A DNA stretch of 64,000 nucleotides from positions 779,757-843,756 of the forward strand of contig OY969414.1 in NCBI GenBank assembly GCA_963699155.1. Direction: 5' to 3'. The notes beneath the pieces are model-generated. The model was not told the DNA's origin. It saw only the letters and a program-made list of their open reading frames with translations, and searched no databases. Below, in pieces: positions 1 to 10,633 of this stretch. How positions within the stretch are numbered: the stretch's first letter is position 1; each line of letters begins with the position of its first letter. The stretch is from an uncultured Chlamydiales bacterium. Its GTDB lineage: Bacteria; Chlamydiota; Chlamydiia; Chlamydiales; JAAKFR01. Made by a program: the position numbers and the translations under genes.

Positions 1-30
1 ATGAAGAGCTAGAGGGTGTGGAGAAGAACA

Positions 31-405
31 ATGGTGTTATCAAAAGCTAAAGTGGAAGAGTTCAAAAAACGGTTGATCAAGATGCGGGTCCAGTTGACCC
101 ACACTCTAGAGGGGACCACTCGAGAGGTGAAACGACCCGACGAGGCAACTGGTTATTCTCAACATCAGGCGGATCAAGGCACAGATGACTTTGACCGCAC
201 CATCAGCCTAGAGGTCACCACCAAAGAATATCAACTCTTACGCCAGATCGATCGAGCCTTGGAGAAAATTGAGGAAAATACCTACGGAATTTGCGATGTG
301 AGCGGTGAAGAGATCCCCTTAGCTCGTCTTGAGGCCGTTCCCTATGCCACTATGACAGTGAAGGCCCAAGAAAAATTCGAGAAGGGGCTCCTTTCTGAAA
401 CATGA
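31..405 (+). CDS. dksA: TraR/DksA family transcription factor
   Basis: HQADQGTD coiled-coil tip; YGICDVSGEEIPLARLEAVP; ATG at 31 after GGAG. Confidence 0.9.
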   Translation: MVLSKAKVEEFKKRLIKMRVQLTHTLEGTTREVKRPDEATGYSQHQADQGTDDFDRTISLEVTTKEYQLLRQIDRALEKIEENTYGICDVSGEEIPLARLEAVPYATMTVKAQEKFEKGLLSET

Positions 406-914
406 TAAAACCCTATCTCCGGGCAGCCGGGCTTCTTTTACTGGGCCTGGTTCTTTTGTTAACCGATTTTGTCAGTAAAGCTTACGTCTACCATCTTCTC
501 TCTTCCTATGGGCTTTCAGCTGTTGACTTGACTGTTTTTAGAGATTGGTTTGGCATCGATTTCATGATCACTTTAGCCATGAACAGAGGTGCTGCCTGGG
601 GCTTTTTCTCTAACTTTCAAATCCTTCTGCTCGTTCTCAGAATCGTGATGATTGTTGGGATGTTCATCTATCTCTTTTTCTTCAACCAACGTTTTTCACA
701 AGCGATCCCTTTTGTGATGATCATCGCGGGAGCATTGGGAAATGTCGTCGATTTCTTCCTCTATGGCTCTGTGGTCGATTTTCTCCACTTTAATTTGTGG
801 GGTTACCATTTTCCCGTCTTCAATTTTGCCGATAGCTGCATCACGCTAGGTGTCTTCTGGCTCCTCATCGCTACCTCCTTGAGACGAAAAGGGAAGAACT
901 ATGCTGGAGTCTAA
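402..914 (+). CDS. lspA: Lipoprotein signal peptidase II
   Basis: NRGAAWG, GALGNVVD, VVDF, FNFAD motifs. Confidence 0.95.
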   Translation: MIKPYLRAAGLLLLGLVLLLTDFVSKAYVYHLLSSYGLSAVDLTVFRDWFGIDFMITLAMNRGAAWGFFSNFQILLLVLRIVMIVGMFIYLFFFNQRFSQAIPFVMIIAGALGNVVDFFLYGSVVDFLHFNLWGYHFPVFNFADSCITLGVFWLLIATSLRRKGKNYAGV

Positions 915-1584
915 AAAAAACCTCCCTGCTCCTTTGCAGGTCTCCAAATGGATCAAACTTCCCCTTTTGATCGATGCTGAGGAGATGCAGGGGCTCATCG
1001 ATGCACTTCCTCCCTTTAAGCTCTATGACGTGCAGAAGGTAAACTCCGTGAATTCTGGTGTGGAGGCTCCTACCTATCTTGTAGAGGGATATCGACGCTA
1101 TGTCTCGCATCTCCAAAAAGGGGAAACGCCGCCTCTAGATCAATTCCGAGGCCTCTTCTCGGCAGCCTGGAGTGTTACTGACGAGGCCTTTTTTTCAGTG
1201 GCTATCGATGAGGGAAGAAGGTTGTTCAAAGCCATCACACCGATCGTCCAGACACAGATGAATCAAATCCGTTATGCTCCAGAGGAAAAAGTCTTCCGTA
1301 CCCAAGTTTTTGGGCCTGATACCCTTTGTTGGGGCATTCAGATCGGCTTTCCTCACCTCTTTTTAGACCCGACAAGCTATGAAGCACTCTCGACCCGGGA
1401 GTTCCCCAACATGGCTCTCTTCAATGCAGTCCAAAGATGGGTCCGTCAGAACACCGTTCCGACCCCATTTATCGTTGAAGGGGAAAAATTGAATTCCCCC
1501 ATTCGCTTAGGTAAAAAGTGCTTTTCTTGGATTGCCTCACATCCCCAATTGAAAGCATTAGGAATATCCATTGATCGAGCATGA
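901..1584 (+). CDS. Hypothetical protein
   Basis: 227-aa ORF overlapping neighbours in operon; no recognised motif. Confidence 0.7.
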   Translation: MLESKKNLPAPLQVSKWIKLPLLIDAEEMQGLIDALPPFKLYDVQKVNSVNSGVEAPTYLVEGYRRYVSHLQKGETPPLDQFRGLFSAAWSVTDEAFFSVAIDEGRRLFKAITPIVQTQMNQIRYAPEEKVFRTQVFGPDTLCWGIQIGFPHLFLDPTSYEALSTREFPNMALFNAVQRWVRQNTVPTPFIVEGEKLNSPIRLGKKCFSWIASHPQLKALGISIDRA

Positions 1585-2044
1585 ACTGCAAAAGCTTTTG
1601 ATCGAGCGACAGGAGACCCTTTCCCTTGCCGAATCGTGTACAGGAGGGGGAATCTCTGCCCGCCTTGTCAAAGTTCCCGACTGCTCACACTACTTTTTAG
1701 GGGGTCTTGTCAGCTATTCGGGGGCAGCCAAGGAGAAGCTTCTCAAGGTCAAGCACGAGACGATTCAAAAATGGGGCGAAGTCAGCGAACAAACCGCTCA
1801 AGAGATGGCTCAAGGAGCTCTAACAGCATTCGGTTCCACACACGCTCTCGCCGTCACGGGCATTGCAGGGCCATCTGGAGGATCTCCTGAAAAACCTATC
1901 GGAACGGTTTTTGTGGCCATTGCCTCTAGGGAGGGTCTTCTTTCAAAGAAACACTATCTTTTCTCTGGGGCGCGCGAAGAAATTATCTCAAAGACAATAG
2001 AAGAGGCACTCCTCTATCTCCTTAATTCATTAAAAATGATATAA
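1571..2044 (+). CDS. CinA C-terminal / NMN amidohydrolase (PncC-like)
   Basis: AESCTGG, VTGIAGPSGG, KPIGTV motifs. Confidence 0.9.
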   Translation: MIEHELQKLLIERQETLSLAESCTGGGISARLVKVPDCSHYFLGGLVSYSGAAKEKLLKVKHETIQKWGEVSEQTAQEMAQGALTAFGSTHALAVTGIAGPSGGSPEKPIGTVFVAIASREGLLSKKHYLFSGAREEIISKTIEEALLYLLNSLKMI

Positions 2045-2054
2045 TTCTTCCCCT

Positions 2055-2864
2055 ATGAATTACCAGCTATTAGACAGTGGGGATGGTTATAAACTGGAAC
2101 AATTTGGTGAAATTATCCTCATAAGGCCAGCTGTTCAGGCCCTCTGGAAGCCTCAACTCCCCAAAGAGGTCTGGAAGAAGGCCCATGCAAGATTTTCGAG
2201 GGAGGGGCAGAATCAGTGGGAGGAGTTTCGCCCCATTCCATCCCAATGGCAGATCACCTTTGAAGGGGTAGAGCTTCGGTTAAAAAGAACCGATTTTGGC
2301 CATCTCGGTCTCTTTCCCGAACATGCGCTCCTCTGGCCCTGGATGTTTCAATTTCCCCTCAAGGGGGCTAAAGTTTTAAACCTTTTCGCCTATTCTGGAG
2401 CCGCTACCTTAGCATTGGCTTCGCAAGGAGCTGCTGTGACACATCTGGATGCCTCACCAGGAATGGTCCAGTGGGCGCGTGAAAATGCGGAGCTCAATGG
2501 CCTGAGCGGTGCGCCCATACGCTGGCTCGTCGACGATGTGCGTAAATACCTGGCGCGCGCGGAGCGTCGGGGAGAAACTTATGATGCAGTGATTTTAGAT
2601 CCCCCCTCCTTTGGACGGGGAAAAACGGGCGAGATTTTTAAAATTGAACGCGATCTCCCGCTCATTCTCCAGCAGTGCCAAAAGCTGCTTACCAACAAAC
2701 CTCTCTTCATTTTGTTTACCTGCCATACACCTGGATTTACACCGCTTGCGATGGGACAAGTGGTGAAAGAAGCCTTGCCCAAGGGCGTGATTGAAACGGG
2801 AGAGATGTACATCGATGGACCTTATAAGCTGCCTAGCGGGACATTTGCCAAATGGAGACCATAA
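2055..2864 (+). CDS. Class I SAM-dependent methyltransferase (RlmI/RlmK-like)
   Basis: LNLFAYSG and ILDPPSFG motifs. Confidence 0.85.
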   Translation: MNYQLLDSGDGYKLEQFGEIILIRPAVQALWKPQLPKEVWKKAHARFSREGQNQWEEFRPIPSQWQITFEGVELRLKRTDFGHLGLFPEHALLWPWMFQFPLKGAKVLNLFAYSGAATLALASQGAAVTHLDASPGMVQWARENAELNGLSGAPIRWLVDDVRKYLARAERRGETYDAVILDPPSFGRGKTGEIFKIERDLPLILQQCQKLLTNKPLFILFTCHTPGFTPLAMGQVVKEALPKGVIETGEMYIDGPYKLPSGTFAKWRP

Positions 2865-3667
2865 CTAGCCTTCAAAATCCCAAGATCAAGCAGGCTCTCA
2901 AATTGTGGAAACGGAGCGAGAGGGAAGAGTCGGACCGTTTTTTGATAGAAGGCTATCGCGAATTGAGCCGAGCAGTGGGCGCACAATTGAAAATCGAAAC
3001 ACTCTTTATCTGCCGTGAATTGTTTCTTGGTAGTAATGAGGAGTCGTTGATCAACCAGCTGGCTGCACAAAAAAGTGCGATCATTCCCTGTTCAGAAGCA
3101 GTTTTCAAGAAGCTCTCTTATCGTGATCGCCCCGACGGCTTGATTGCTGTGGCGCCTCAATTCCATACGACGCTGGACTCGCTATCAAAGAGGCCAAACC
3201 CCCTTTACGTGGTGGCTGAGGGCATTGAAAAGCCGGGAAATTTGGGAACGATTCTCCGTTCCTCGGATGCCACCGGTGTCGATGGAGTGATTGTTTGCGA
3301 TCGCCAGACAGATATTCATAATCCCAATGTGGTTCGAGCGAGTGTAGGGACCCTCTTCACCCTTCCCGTTATCGAAGCTGAGGGAGAGGCCGTTTTCTCG
3401 TGGCTTAAGAATCAAAAGATCGCCATAGTATCTGCCACACCCTCAGCAGAGCGGCTTTTTACAGAAGTTGATTTGAAAGGGCCCTTAGCGATTGTCGTTG
3501 GCACTGAACAGTATGGATTGTCTCAGCGCTGGATGCACGGGGCAGATCTTCAAGTGAGAATCCCTATGCTCGGCAGAGCCGACTCGCTCAATGTGGCTAT
3601 GGCAGCCACCCTCCTCCTTTATGAAGCTGTCAGACAGAGAAATGATGGAACCACTCTACGTCGATAA
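2852..3667 (+). CDS. TrmH/SpoU RNA methyltransferase
   Basis: PGNLGTILRS, GTEQYG, IPMLGRADSLNVA. Confidence 0.92.
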   Translation: METITSLQNPKIKQALKLWKRSEREESDRFLIEGYRELSRAVGAQLKIETLFICRELFLGSNEESLINQLAAQKSAIIPCSEAVFKKLSYRDRPDGLIAVAPQFHTTLDSLSKRPNPLYVVAEGIEKPGNLGTILRSSDATGVDGVIVCDRQTDIHNPNVVRASVGTLFTLPVIEAEGEAVFSWLKNQKIAIVSATPSAERLFTEVDLKGPLAIVVGTEQYGLSQRWMHGADLQVRIPMLGRADSLNVAMAATLLLYEAVRQRNDGTTLRR

Positions 3668-4292
3668 CCATCTGCTCGTGCTCAATAAGTCGGCAGGCTT
3701 ACTGTGCCAACCCAATGGCACTTCAGATCCCTCATTAGAATTACAGGGGAAAGAGTGGCTAAAAAGAGCGTTCAACAAGTCTGGAAATGTCTTTCTCCAT
3801 GCCATGCACAGACTTGACCGGCCCGTTTCCGGAGTTGTTCTCTTTGCACGCACAGATAAAGCGCTTTCGCGCTTAAATGCTTTTCTGCGAAAGGGTGACT
3901 TTCACAAAAAATATATCGCTCTAGTGGAAGGCCATTTTCTACAAAGCGAGGGCATCCTGGAACATGTATTGGTGAAAGAGGAGCACTACTCCCGCCTGGC
4001 TACTCCCAATGAGGAAGCGGCCAAAAAGTGCCTCTTACGCTACCGGACGCTCAAAAAATTCTCGGATAGTTCATTGATAGAAGTGGAGCTCCTTACAGGC
4101 CGCTATCACCAGATTCGCTGTCAATGTGCTGTAGAAGGTCATCCAGTAGTGGGCGATCTGAAATATGGCTCAAAAGTGGCTTCAGACCAGCTCTTTCTCC
4201 ACCATGCTCTTCTGGAATTTCCTCATCCGACTTTAGAGAAGATGGTGAGGGTTGAAGCACCTCTACCTACTATCTGGGATAACTATTATTAA
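3642..4292 (+). CDS. RluA-family pseudouridine synthase
   Basis: HRLDRPVSG, TGRYHQIR, PVVGDLKYG. Confidence 0.92.
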   Translation: MMEPLYVDNHLLVLNKSAGLLCQPNGTSDPSLELQGKEWLKRAFNKSGNVFLHAMHRLDRPVSGVVLFARTDKALSRLNAFLRKGDFHKKYIALVEGHFLQSEGILEHVLVKEEHYSRLATPNEEAAKKCLLRYRTLKKFSDSSLIEVELLTGRYHQIRCQCAVEGHPVVGDLKYGSKVASDQLFLHHALLEFPHPTLEKMVRVEAPLPTIWDNYY

Positions 4293-4368
4293 TTTTAGTT
4301 TGGATAAGTTGCTTTTTAAATCATTTTAGGGTATATTTACTCTAATCTTTTTTTCAACGTTTGGGTAA

Positions 4369-4995
4369 ATGGGATTAGAAGGCAAAATTTTAAACGCCAT
4401 TGACGATAGCACCAATGCGATCCAACAACTTACCAGGCCGCAATCCCTGGCCTTTATCGAAAAAAGTGCACTCGCTTTAGCTGCCTGCTTTCAATCAGGG
4501 GGTAAAGTGCTTCTAGCGGGAAATGGGGGAAGTCTCTGTGATGCCTCCCACTTCGCTGAAGAGCTGACAGGCTTTTTTCGGCGCCACCGAAAAGCGCTTC
4601 CTGCGATTGCCCTCTCTGAACCAGGTCATTTAACTTGTGTTGCCAACGATATAGGCTTCGAACAGGTCTTTGCGAGAGCCATCGAAGCCTATGGCAAAAG
4701 AGGAGATCTCTTTATCGGTTTAACGACGAGTGGTAATTCTGCCAATATGGTCTTAGCCTTTGAGAGGGCAAAAGAGATGGGTTTATCGACGATTGCTTTT
4801 CTCGGAAAAGGAGGAGGAAGGTTGAAGGGGCAGGCCGATCTGGAGCTCATCATTGAGGAGTTTGAGACCTCTGATCGTATCCAGGAAGCCCACATGACGG
4901 CCATCCATATCATTATCGAAATGGTAGAAGAGCTTCTCTTCAAGCAGAGTGAGGAGGATTTTCTCCAGCAACTCTTGGCGGTGGTCCGCCGATGA
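4369..4995 (+). CDS. gmhA: Phosphoheptose isomerase
   Basis: GNGGS, TTSGNS, RIQEAH motifs. Confidence 0.93.
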   Translation: MGLEGKILNAIDDSTNAIQQLTRPQSLAFIEKSALALAACFQSGGKVLLAGNGGSLCDASHFAEELTGFFRRHRKALPAIALSEPGHLTCVANDIGFEQVFARAIEAYGKRGDLFIGLTTSGNSANMVLAFERAKEMGLSTIAFLGKGGGRLKGQADLELIIEEFETSDRIQEAHMTAIHIIIEMVEELLFKQSEEDFLQQLLAVVRR

Positions 4996-5978
4996 GTTGG
5001 GTTTATCGGAGTGGGGTCCGTCTGCGCCATTGGTTCTACGACCAAAAAGTTTTGTCCAAAGCCTTTTCACCTCTGCCCACCGTCAGTATCGGTAATCTGG
5101 TAGCAGGCGGTTCAGGCAAATCGCAGGTGGCTCTCTTACTCGCTAACACTCTCTCAGATCTTCCTCTAGCTATCCTGTCGCGCGGTTATAAAGGAGGCGC
5201 AGAACATGCGCCCGATCCGCTGATCGTCGATACCCAGAAGCATTGCCCTGCCCGCACGGGTGACGAGCCATGGCTTCTCTCTTCTAGACTCCACTCGAGC
5301 TCCTCCTTCGTGGTCGTCAATAAGAGCCGCTACAAGAGCGCTCTCGCTGCAGAAAAGTGGGGAGCGCGTCTACTCATTCTCGATGATGGGATGCAGCACC
5401 GCGCACTCCACCGCGATTTTGAAATCGTCGTGATCGATGGAAAAACCCCTCTGAAGGCATTTTTGCCTTGGGGAAAATTGCGGGAAGAGCCCTATCGTCT
5501 CAAAGAGGCCGATGCTCTGGTCTATATCGGCGAGCCAAAAGCGGAAGTAGCAGCAGAGATCACGCAGCATACCGATGCCCCTGCCATCACTATGGAGATC
5601 ATTTCTGAAGGAAATTTCGATTTAGAGGGTGTGGAGTGCTCCTTAAAGGAAAGAAAGGTCGCCCTCTTCTGCGGTATTGGAAACCCGCTCCGTTTTGTGA
5701 AAACAGTCGAGCAGTTGGGTGGAGAGGTGGTAGCCACTCTCTTTGCCCCTGATCATGAACTGCCCTCAAAAGTAGATTTGGACCGATTTGCCATCGAAGC
5801 GAAAGAGAAAGGAGCAGAATATTTAGTCTGCACTGAAAAAGATAAAGTGAAACTCTCAAAGAATCAATGGCCCCTCAAAATAGTTTGGGTCAAAGCAGCT
5901 CTTCGTGTCGTTGCCAATCAGGAAGGATGGCAGAAGATCATCGAAGAAATTAAATTAATGGTGAGGGTCATACCATGA
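4992..5978 (+). CDS. lpxK: Tetraacyldisaccharide 4'-kinase
   Basis: IGNLVAGGSGKS, LSRGY, LDDGMQH, TEKDKVK. Confidence 0.93.
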   Translation: MSWVYRSGVRLRHWFYDQKVLSKAFSPLPTVSIGNLVAGGSGKSQVALLLANTLSDLPLAILSRGYKGGAEHAPDPLIVDTQKHCPARTGDEPWLLSSRLHSSSSFVVVNKSRYKSALAAEKWGARLLILDDGMQHRALHRDFEIVVIDGKTPLKAFLPWGKLREEPYRLKEADALVYIGEPKAEVAAEITQHTDAPAITMEIISEGNFDLEGVECSLKERKVALFCGIGNPLRFVKTVEQLGGEVVATLFAPDHELPSKVDLDRFAIEAKEKGAEYLVCTEKDKVKLSKNQWPLKIVWVKAALRVVANQEGWQKIIEEIKLMVRVIP

Positions 5979-7237
5979 AACTGTGGAAAAAAATGCTCAT
6001 CGGTATTGGGTTGGGCATCGGAGCAGGCTACCTGCTCGGGCCTCACGCACAATATCTGAAGCCAGTAGGCACCATCTTCTTAGGCCTCCTCAACATGTTG
6101 GTCGTGCTGCTGGTCTTTTCTTCGATGACAGTTGGTATCACTTCGATCAACGACATGCGCAAACTGGGTAGGGTTGGCCTCAAAACCTTGCTGATGTACT
6201 TGGTGACAACGGCCATCGCAATCATCTTTGGCCTCATTGCTGCCCATCTGATCAATCCAGGTGTTGGTTTGGGGCTCAATCATGGCGGTGAGATCAAAAT
6301 CGATGAGACGCCTGAGATCTTAAACATCCTCCTCGACCTCGTCCCGAGCAATCCGATTGGTTCACTAGCGAGTGGAAACATCTTACAGGTTATCGTCTTC
6401 TCTATCTTTTTGGGACTCGGAATCAACTTTGCGGGAGAAAAAGGAAAACCGGTTGCCCGCGTGCTGGAATCACTTTCTGAAGTGATGTTTACCATGACGG
6501 GAATGGTGATGAATTTGGCGCCATACGGGATTTTTGCCATCATGGCCTGGGTTGCAGGGACATTTGGAGCTAGCATTCTCCTCCCTCTTCTCAAGCTAGT
6601 CTTGGCTCATTATGTGACTTGCCTTTTCCATCTCGTTGTCGTTTTTGGAGGGATCCTCTTTTTCATGGCAAAAGTGCGTGTCATGCCCTTCTTTAAAGGG
6701 ATGAGCGATGCGATCACCATCGCTGCTTCGACAACGAGTAGTTCAGCGACGCTTCCAGCCTCCCTACACTGCTGTGAGGAGAACTTAGGAGTCCCCAAAA
6801 ATATTGCCAGCTTTGTTCTGCCCCTCGGCTCAACTGTGAACATGAATGGAACGGCTATCTTTCAGGGGATTGCCGCCGTCTTTATTGCTCAGGCCTATGG
6901 GATCGAGCTTCCCTGGACGAGTCTTCTACTCATCGTCGTCACAGCGACCCTTTCAGCCATCGGCTGCGCAGGTATTCCAGGAGGCGGTTTGGTCACTCTT
7001 TCCATCGTTTTAGGCTCTGTGGGACTTCCTCTCGAAGGGATTGCCATCATTGCTAGCATCGACCGGATACGTGATATTATCGGAACGGTGGTCAACATTC
7101 TCGGGGATGCTGTCGTCGCCGTCTATGTCGCTAAATCGGAAGGGGAGCTCGACGAGGAGTGCTACAATAGCGAAGTCTATGTCAATTACCAAGATTCTTA
7201 CGCCAAAAAGGGCGCGACCGTCACAGAGGAGACTTAA
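5975..7237 (+). CDS. Dicarboxylate/amino acid:cation symporter
   Basis: TTSSSATLP, NMNGTA, multiple TM helices. Confidence 0.93.
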   Translation: MKLWKKMLIGIGLGIGAGYLLGPHAQYLKPVGTIFLGLLNMLVVLLVFSSMTVGITSINDMRKLGRVGLKTLLMYLVTTAIAIIFGLIAAHLINPGVGLGLNHGGEIKIDETPEILNILLDLVPSNPIGSLASGNILQVIVFSIFLGLGINFAGEKGKPVARVLESLSEVMFTMTGMVMNLAPYGIFAIMAWVAGTFGASILLPLLKLVLAHYVTCLFHLVVVFGGILFFMAKVRVMPFFKGMSDAITIAASTTSSSATLPASLHCCEENLGVPKNIASFVLPLGSTVNMNGTAIFQGIAAVFIAQAYGIELPWTSLLLIVVTATLSAIGCAGIPGGGLVTLSIVLGSVGLPLEGIAIIASIDRIRDIIGTVVNILGDAVVAVYVAKSEGELDEECYNSEVYVNYQDSYAKKGATVTEET

Positions 7238-7238
7238 T

Positions 7239-8438
7239 ATGAGCAGCGAAATGATTGAAGTGATTCTGCCCAAATTAGGCGAAAGTATCGTGGGGGCGAC
7301 AGTCGTGCAATGGCTGAAACAGGAGGGAGATCCTGTCGCAGTGGATGAGGCCCTTTTGGAAGTATCGACCGATAAGGTCAATTCCGAGATTCCCTCTCCA
7401 GTGGGTGGAATCCTCAAAGAGATCTGTGTCCGGCAGGATCAGGAGATCGAAGTGGGAGCGCTTTTGGCCCGCATTGAAGTGGGCGCTTCTCAACATTCCA
7501 CACCCAGAATGGCGGTAACCCCTCCAGAATCACCTGTGAAGAGTGAAAGTAGGGAAGAGGTTTTCTCTCCCGCCGTCCTCCGTTTAGCTCAGCTAGAAGG
7601 GATTCCCTTTGACACGCTACGCAAAATTGATGGGACGGGAGATGGCGGTCGAGTGACGAAAAAGGATGTCGAGCGCTTTGTCCAGTTGAGGAGGCCAATG
7701 AAGGCTGCCAGCTGTCCCGCCGCACCAGTGGCTGTTGCCAGCGAAAAACCAAACGAAGAGCGGCTTGTCATGTCAGGCATGCGGAAGGCGATTGCCGAAA
7801 ATATGGTCCGCTCCTTTTATGAAGCGCCGCACGCCTCTCTTGTGATGGAAGCCGATGTGACAGATGCGATGAAGTTGATCAGCCGCGAAAAGGAGCGTTT
7901 CTTAGAGGCCCATGGGGTGAAATTGACAATCACCACTTTTCTCATCCAGGCTCTCAGCAAAGCGCTCCAGCAATTTCCGATGCTCAATGCCTCACTTGAA
8001 GGGGATACGATCGTCATGAAGCGCTATGTCAATGTGGGCATCGCTGTCAACATTGAAAAGGGGCTCGTTGTCCCCGTCATCAAGAATTGCCAAGAGAGAG
8101 GTTTGGTGAGCCTAGCCAAATCGGTCGCCGATCTTTCCACACGCGCTAGATCCAATAAACTTTCGCCCCAGGATGTCACCGAGGGCACTGTCACCTTGAC
8201 CAACTTTGGAATGACCGGAGCGCTCATCGGGGTACCGATCATCCGCTATCCCGAAGTGGCCATTATCGGCGCAGGCACTGTCCAAAAAAGGGTTATCGTC
8301 AGAGAAGATGACTCATTGGCTGTCCGCCACATGGTCTATCTCACTCTGACCTTCGACCATCGAGTTATCGATGGCATTTATGGCTGCCAGTTCCTCGCAG
8401 CCTTCAAGCAGCATCTGGAATCAGTGACAGTTCATTAG
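7239..8438 (+). CDS. 2-oxoacid dehydrogenase E2 (dihydrolipoamide acyltransferase)
   Basis: Lipoyl domain STDKV, GTGDGGRVTKKDV, catalytic DHRVIDG. Confidence 0.93.
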   Translation: MSSEMIEVILPKLGESIVGATVVQWLKQEGDPVAVDEALLEVSTDKVNSEIPSPVGGILKEICVRQDQEIEVGALLARIEVGASQHSTPRMAVTPPESPVKSESREEVFSPAVLRLAQLEGIPFDTLRKIDGTGDGGRVTKKDVERFVQLRRPMKAASCPAAPVAVASEKPNEERLVMSGMRKAIAENMVRSFYEAPHASLVMEADVTDAMKLISREKERFLEAHGVKLTITTFLIQALSKALQQFPMLNASLEGDTIVMKRYVNVGIAVNIEKGLVVPVIKNCQERGLVSLAKSVADLSTRARSNKLSPQDVTEGTVTLTNFGMTGALIGVPIIRYPEVAIIGAGTVQKRVIVREDDSLAVRHMVYLTLTFDHRVIDGIYGCQFLAAFKQHLESVTVH

Positions 8439-8509
8439 GACTCATAGAAAAAGTATTCTCTAGTTGAAAATTCCAATTTTGTGATTAAACAGTGTCAAAA
8501 GGAGTTTTC

Positions 8510-8659
8510 ATGAACCTATTTCACCACCCTCTCACCTTCCCCATCATCTCATTGATCTTCGGGATCCTCATTCTGATCTTCCCAAAGCTACTCAATTTCA
8601 TGGTGGCCATCTATTTGATCATCGTGGGTTTAATCGGGCTCTTGGGCTACTTTAAATAA
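8510..8659 (+). CDS. 49-aa membrane protein, DUF3096-like (absent from ORF track)
   Basis: AAGGAG then MNLFHHPLTFPIISLIFGILILIFPKLLNFMVAIYLIIVGLIGLLGYFK*. Confidence 0.75.
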   Translation: MNLFHHPLTFPIISLIFGILILIFPKLLNFMVAIYLIIVGLIGLLGYFK

Positions 8660-8699
8660 AAAACCTCTCGCATAACCTCCTTCTGCTGTTCGCATAAGG

Positions 8700-9701
8700 T
8701 TATGCAAGAGGTGTCTTTTTTTCCTGAAATGAGTGGAGCAGCGCCACCCCGACCACCACAATAGGGGTTGCGAGTGCCAACCCCAGTGCTCCCACGATCA
8801 TCACAAGGATCATCTGGACCAGGATGGTAAAGCCGGGAGGAATCGAGACGGTGCGCTGTTCAATCTGGGGCGTGATGAAGTAGCCATCGATGAAGTGGAT
8901 CACCAGGTAGAGAATGGTCACGTAGAGTGCTTTCCAGGGGCTCTGGGCAAAGGCGATGAGGATCGCAGGGATAGAGGCTAAAATGGACCCCACATAGGGT
9001 ATGAAGGCCAGTAGAGCTGCTAGCAAGCCCAAAATCAGCGCGAGATTGACCCGCAAAGCCCATAGCCCGATGAAGGTCAGAAGGCCGATCACGACCATCG
9101 AGAGACATTTCCCGAGCAGCCACCACTTCAAGGAGAGACCAATCCGCTCGATGATCTCTTGAGCCCGCTGCTGACGCGTGGCTGGCACCTGAGCGATGAA
9201 CCAGCGGAAATATTGTTGCGGATTCAAAGCGAGATAGAATCCTAAAATGATGAAGAAGATAAAACCGATGACAGAACCGAGGGTCGAAGAGAAGACGGTG
9301 ACGATACTTTGTACCAATTTTTCATTCGAAAAGGAGAGCTCTTTGGTAAAAGTGGGGCTATTGAGAAAGCCCAAATAAGGGGCAAGCACCTTTTCCAAAT
9401 TTTTTCCGGCCTGAGGCAGTTGTTGGATGAGGAGATTTGTCTGATCAGTGATCAATGGTGCATAGAGCCAGAAGACAAAGGTGAAAATTCCGATCAAAAA
9501 GAGAAGAGCTAGGGACAAAGCGAGCAGGTAAGGAAGTCGTGTCACCATTTGGGCGAAACTTCCTAATGCATAAAGCAAAATCGCTAACAGAACTGCTGCG
9601 AAGGCAAGCAAGAAGATATCGATCGCACGCCAAAAAATGAGGGCAAAAACGACAAGCCCAAATAGCAGCCAAATTGCCCGACTGACTCTTTTGTCCAACA
9701 T
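8700..9701 (-). CDS. AI-2E (PerM) family transporter
   Basis: FIPYVGS, LALATP; many TM helices. Confidence 0.88.
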   Translation of the reverse strand: MLDKRVSRAIWLLFGLVVFALIFWRAIDIFLLAFAAVLLAILLYALGSFAQMVTRLPYLLALSLALLFLIGIFTFVFWLYAPLITDQTNLLIQQLPQAGKNLEKVLAPYLGFLNSPTFTKELSFSNEKLVQSIVTVFSSTLGSVIGFIFFIILGFYLALNPQQYFRWFIAQVPATRQQRAQEIIERIGLSLKWWLLGKCLSMVVIGLLTFIGLWALRVNLALILGLLAALLAFIPYVGSILASIPAILIAFAQSPWKALYVTILYLVIHFIDGYFITPQIEQRTVSIPPGFTILVQMILVMIVGALGLALATPIVVVGVALLHSFQEKKTPLA

Positions 9702-9741
9702 AGATCCTCCTCACTCTTCTAGTGAGAAGGAAGATTATTTT

Positions 9742-10446
9742 CTAGGCTTTCAAATAGGATGTAGAATCAAACAGACCAGCTCGCGTCCCAAAATAGTCGA
9801 GCTTGAGCGCTTCTTCCTTTGAACCCTTCTCTTCAGTATAGGCCGCTTTGATCGAAAGGGCTTCAGCATCACGTCGCTCTAACGCCTCTTTTTTTCCCTG
9901 GATTGTGATGCGCATTTTAAAATAGGTTGTCTGATTGGGATCTATAAAACCGCTCTCAGCTACTTCCATTTTCTTTCTCAGAGACTCCATGATCAAAGTG
10001 AAATCCGTTTGCGTTGTGTCGAGTTTGGAAATTCTACCTGCTTCGGAAAGAGTCGCTTTTGCAACTAATTTGCCATCAACAGGGTGAGGATGAACAAGAC
10101 CCTTCTGAAAGTTAAGCATTTTCAGTACTCCACCGGCCGTCTGTTGTTCCAGGAGTTGAGCGGCATGGATAGCAAGAGTAGTCGAATCAAGCTTCTCCTC
10201 GAGCTGTTGGAAGACGTAGTCAGCCTTTTTCACTCCCTGAGGAGCTTGAGCCGGATCGATCACTGCCCCATTGACTTCCAACCTTCCTAAGCGATTTAAA
10301 TCCGTATAGGCGCTGCTCCAGAGGGGAGCACCTCCTTTTACCCTTCTAGAGGGGACCATTTCATAATGGCCCTGCGTCGGCCCCAATTGTTTCTCTAAAA
10401 GAGAAGAGCCCGGATAGATACTCCCAGAATCTTTATTAATTGCCAT
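9742..10446 (-). CDS. Hypothetical orphan protein
   Basis: 234-aa ORF after AT-rich spacer. Confidence 0.6.
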   Translation of the reverse strand: MAINKDSGSIYPGSSLLEKQLGPTQGHYEMVPSRRVKGGAPLWSSAYTDLNRLGRLEVNGAVIDPAQAPQGVKKADYVFQQLEEKLDSTTLAIHAAQLLEQQTAGGVLKMLNFQKGLVHPHPVDGKLVAKATLSEAGRISKLDTTQTDFTLIMESLRKKMEVAESGFIDPNQTTYFKMRITIQGKKEALERRDAEALSIKAAYTEEKGSKEEALKLDYFGTRAGLFDSTSYLKA

Positions 10447-10633
10447 AAATAACTATACTTAATTAAATTTGCTAATATTTTAACAAATTAATTAAATAAA
10501 GTAAATATTTTATAATAAAGTTATTCTGGGAAACTTCTCCCTTTGCAAACTCTTAACGAACGGACAATTCTTTCCAATATATTGGAAAGCTGATATAATT
10601 AACTTAGATGACATCTTCTTAAAGGGACTAAAC